Source: a virus (Duplodnaviria > Caudoviricetes). From it: a stretch of DNA of 57,305 bases. Positions 55,886-57,305 of the stretch are shown here, piece after piece. The notes beneath the pieces are model-generated. The model saw only the letters and a list, made by a program, of their open reading frames with translations. It was not told the origin of the DNA and did no database searches. The stretch's first letter is position 1, and every line of letters starts with the position of its first letter. Position numbers and translations under genes: made by a program. Location of the stretch: IMG/VR virus record IMGVR_UViG_3300025120_000059, positions 1 to 57,305 of that record; one strand, given 5' to 3'.

Positions 55886-55915
55886 TTTGGGAAAAGTAGT
55901 ATAGTGTGGTATAAT
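55884..55915 (+). promoter_or_regulatory. Promoter upstream of the scaffold/capsid operon
   Basis: GATTTGGG-N13-TGTGGTATAAT, same spacing as the 52485 site. Confidence 0.7.
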
Positions 55916-55959
55916 ATTAATAACGTAAATCGTTTGTATCGTTAGCAACGGAGAATAAA

Positions 55960-56898
55960 ATGTCTACAGAAGATAACTGGAACGATATTGAAGTTTCAGC
56001 AGAAGATAAAATTGAGATTGAAATTGAACAGGATGTGCCTGAAGAAGTTGTAGAGGAACAGCCTGTACTGGAAACTAAAGAAGAAGTTAAAGAAGAAGTT
56101 AAAGAAGAGACTCCTGAACTGGAAGGTATTGAAACCAAAGGTGCGGAGAAAAGAATACGGCAACTTATTCGTCAACGTAAAGAACGTGAAGAAGAAGTTG
56201 AACAGCTATTAGAAACTAATAGAAAACTTTCTGAAACACTGAAGCAAAAAGAAGAAGAAGTTTTCAATGTTAGTAAGAATAGTCTTGAAGCATCTGAGAA
56301 GCAGCTAACAGATAAGATTGACTTAGCTCGTCAGGCTTATCTAGAAGCCTTTGAAGAAGGTAACAAGGAACGGGTACTTCAAGCACAGGAAATGCTTAAT
56401 GATGCCCAATCAGATTTAAAGAACGTAACTTCAGTAAAGTCTCGTTACTCTGAAGAATATTCTGAACCTGTTCAGCAAGAAGCACCGGCCCCCGCACCAA
56501 GACGCAGGGATAGGCGTGCAGAAGAGTGGGCAGGTAACAACGAGTGGTTTGGTAAGGATAATGTTATGACTGCCGCTGCTTTGGCAATCGATGCTGATCT
56601 AAAGGAGCAAGGATATGATCCAGACGATGAAGACTTTTATGACGAAGTTAACAACAGGATTCAAGAAGCTTTTCCACACAAGTTTGGAGAAGTTCAGGAA
56701 CGTGTGCAGGAAAACACGAACAAACCTGCTCAAGTGGTATCGGGGGCTTCACGCTCGTCTCCGAACTCTGGTAGGAAGATTAAGCTGTCGAAAGAAGATG
56801 TAAATCTTGCTAACAAATGGGGTATCCCACTTGAAAAGTATGCCGCTGAAAAGTTGAAGGTAACTTCGGCGGACGGCGAATATACTGATATTAATTAG
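55960..56898 (+). CDS. Capsid scaffolding protein
   Basis: Acidic coiled coil, KRIRQL, W...NEWFG, terminal LANKWGIPLEKYA. Confidence 0.75.
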   Translation: MSTEDNWNDIEVSAEDKIEIEIEQDVPEEVVEEQPVLETKEEVKEEVKEETPELEGIETKGAEKRIRQLIRQRKEREEEVEQLLETNRKLSETLKQKEEEVFNVSKNSLEASEKQLTDKIDLARQAYLEAFEEGNKERVLQAQEMLNDAQSDLKNVTSVKSRYSEEYSEPVQQEAPAPAPRRRDRRAEEWAGNNEWFGKDNVMTAAALAIDADLKEQGYDPDDEDFYDEVNNRIQEAFPHKFGEVQERVQENTNKPAQVVSGASRSSPNSGRKIKLSKEDVNLANKWGIPLEKYAAEKLKVTSADGEYTDIN

Positions 56899-56913
56899 AA
56901 CGTGGAGGATAAA

Positions 56914-57305
56914 ATGAATACACGAAATGAATCACGTAGTAGCGATGTTCGTGAGAACAACATGAGAGAAGATCAGTGGACCTTTGAAGAGCCTAATGCT
57001 TTGGAAATACCTGACTCGGTGAAAGCCCGGTTTGATGCTGAAGGAATGGCTTATCGGTGGATACGTATATCTGTCAGAGGTGCCGATGATGTACTCAATG
57101 TTGGGAAAAGACTTCAGGAAGGATGGGTACTTGTTACCCCCGATGAAGTTCCCGAACTTGCAATTTCATCTGCCGTGAGAGATGAAGGCCGGTATCAAGG
57201 TGCAGTCTGTCGTGGGGATTTGGCGTTAGCCAAAATGCCAGCCGGTAAAGTTAAGGCTAAGAGAAGGTTTTATGAGAACAAAGCTAATGATCAAATGGAT
57301 GCTGT
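56914..57305 (+). CDS. Conserved head protein (truncated by window end)
   Basis: SD GGAGG; YRWIR, RLQEGW, GDLALAKMP; open to the end of the window. Confidence 0.7.
   Translation, partial: MNTRNESRSSDVRENNMREDQWTFEEPNALEIPDSVKARFDAEGMAYRWIRISVRGADDVLNVGKRLQEGWVLVTPDEVPELAISSAVRDEGRYQGAVCRGDLALAKMPAGKVKAKRRFYENKANDQMDA

Overview
Near-complete, circularly permuted genome of a tailed dsDNA phage with podovirus-type architecture, probably marine and possibly infecting an alphaproteobacterium (host is inference). The window starts in the last 14 codons of the probable major capsid gene and ends in a head gene that normally lies upstream of it, so only the capsid block appears to be missing. Two arms diverge from a non-coding control region (~50310-50915) and converge on a strong hairpin at ~29144-29192. 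Plus arm: terL, portal, GroES, scaffold, head proteins, a ~5.3 kb cluster of small Lys/Arg-rich proteins, adaptors, a 1781-aa repetitive fibre, a LamG/SPRY adhesin, nozzle, ejection proteins and an M15 endolysin. Minus arm: small early genes, SleB-like hydrolase, ThyX, T7-like primase-helicase, family A DNA polymerase, SSB, exonuclease, GIY-YIG/NUMOD3 endonuclease, class II RNR, tRNA-Arg(TCT), a glycosyl/methyltransferase operon, 3TM holin and terS. No RNA polymerase, integrase, reverse transcriptase or CRISPR array was seen. The two most striking unexplained signals are (1) four ~53-bp intergenic hairpins with a near-invariant core and fully covarying outer stems in the early arm, and (2) a tandem array of unrelated proteins that share a C-terminal xxGGx(V/L/I)-basic-RG tag whose DNA also supplies the next gene's ribosome-binding site. 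All family calls come from motif recognition by eye, not database searches.
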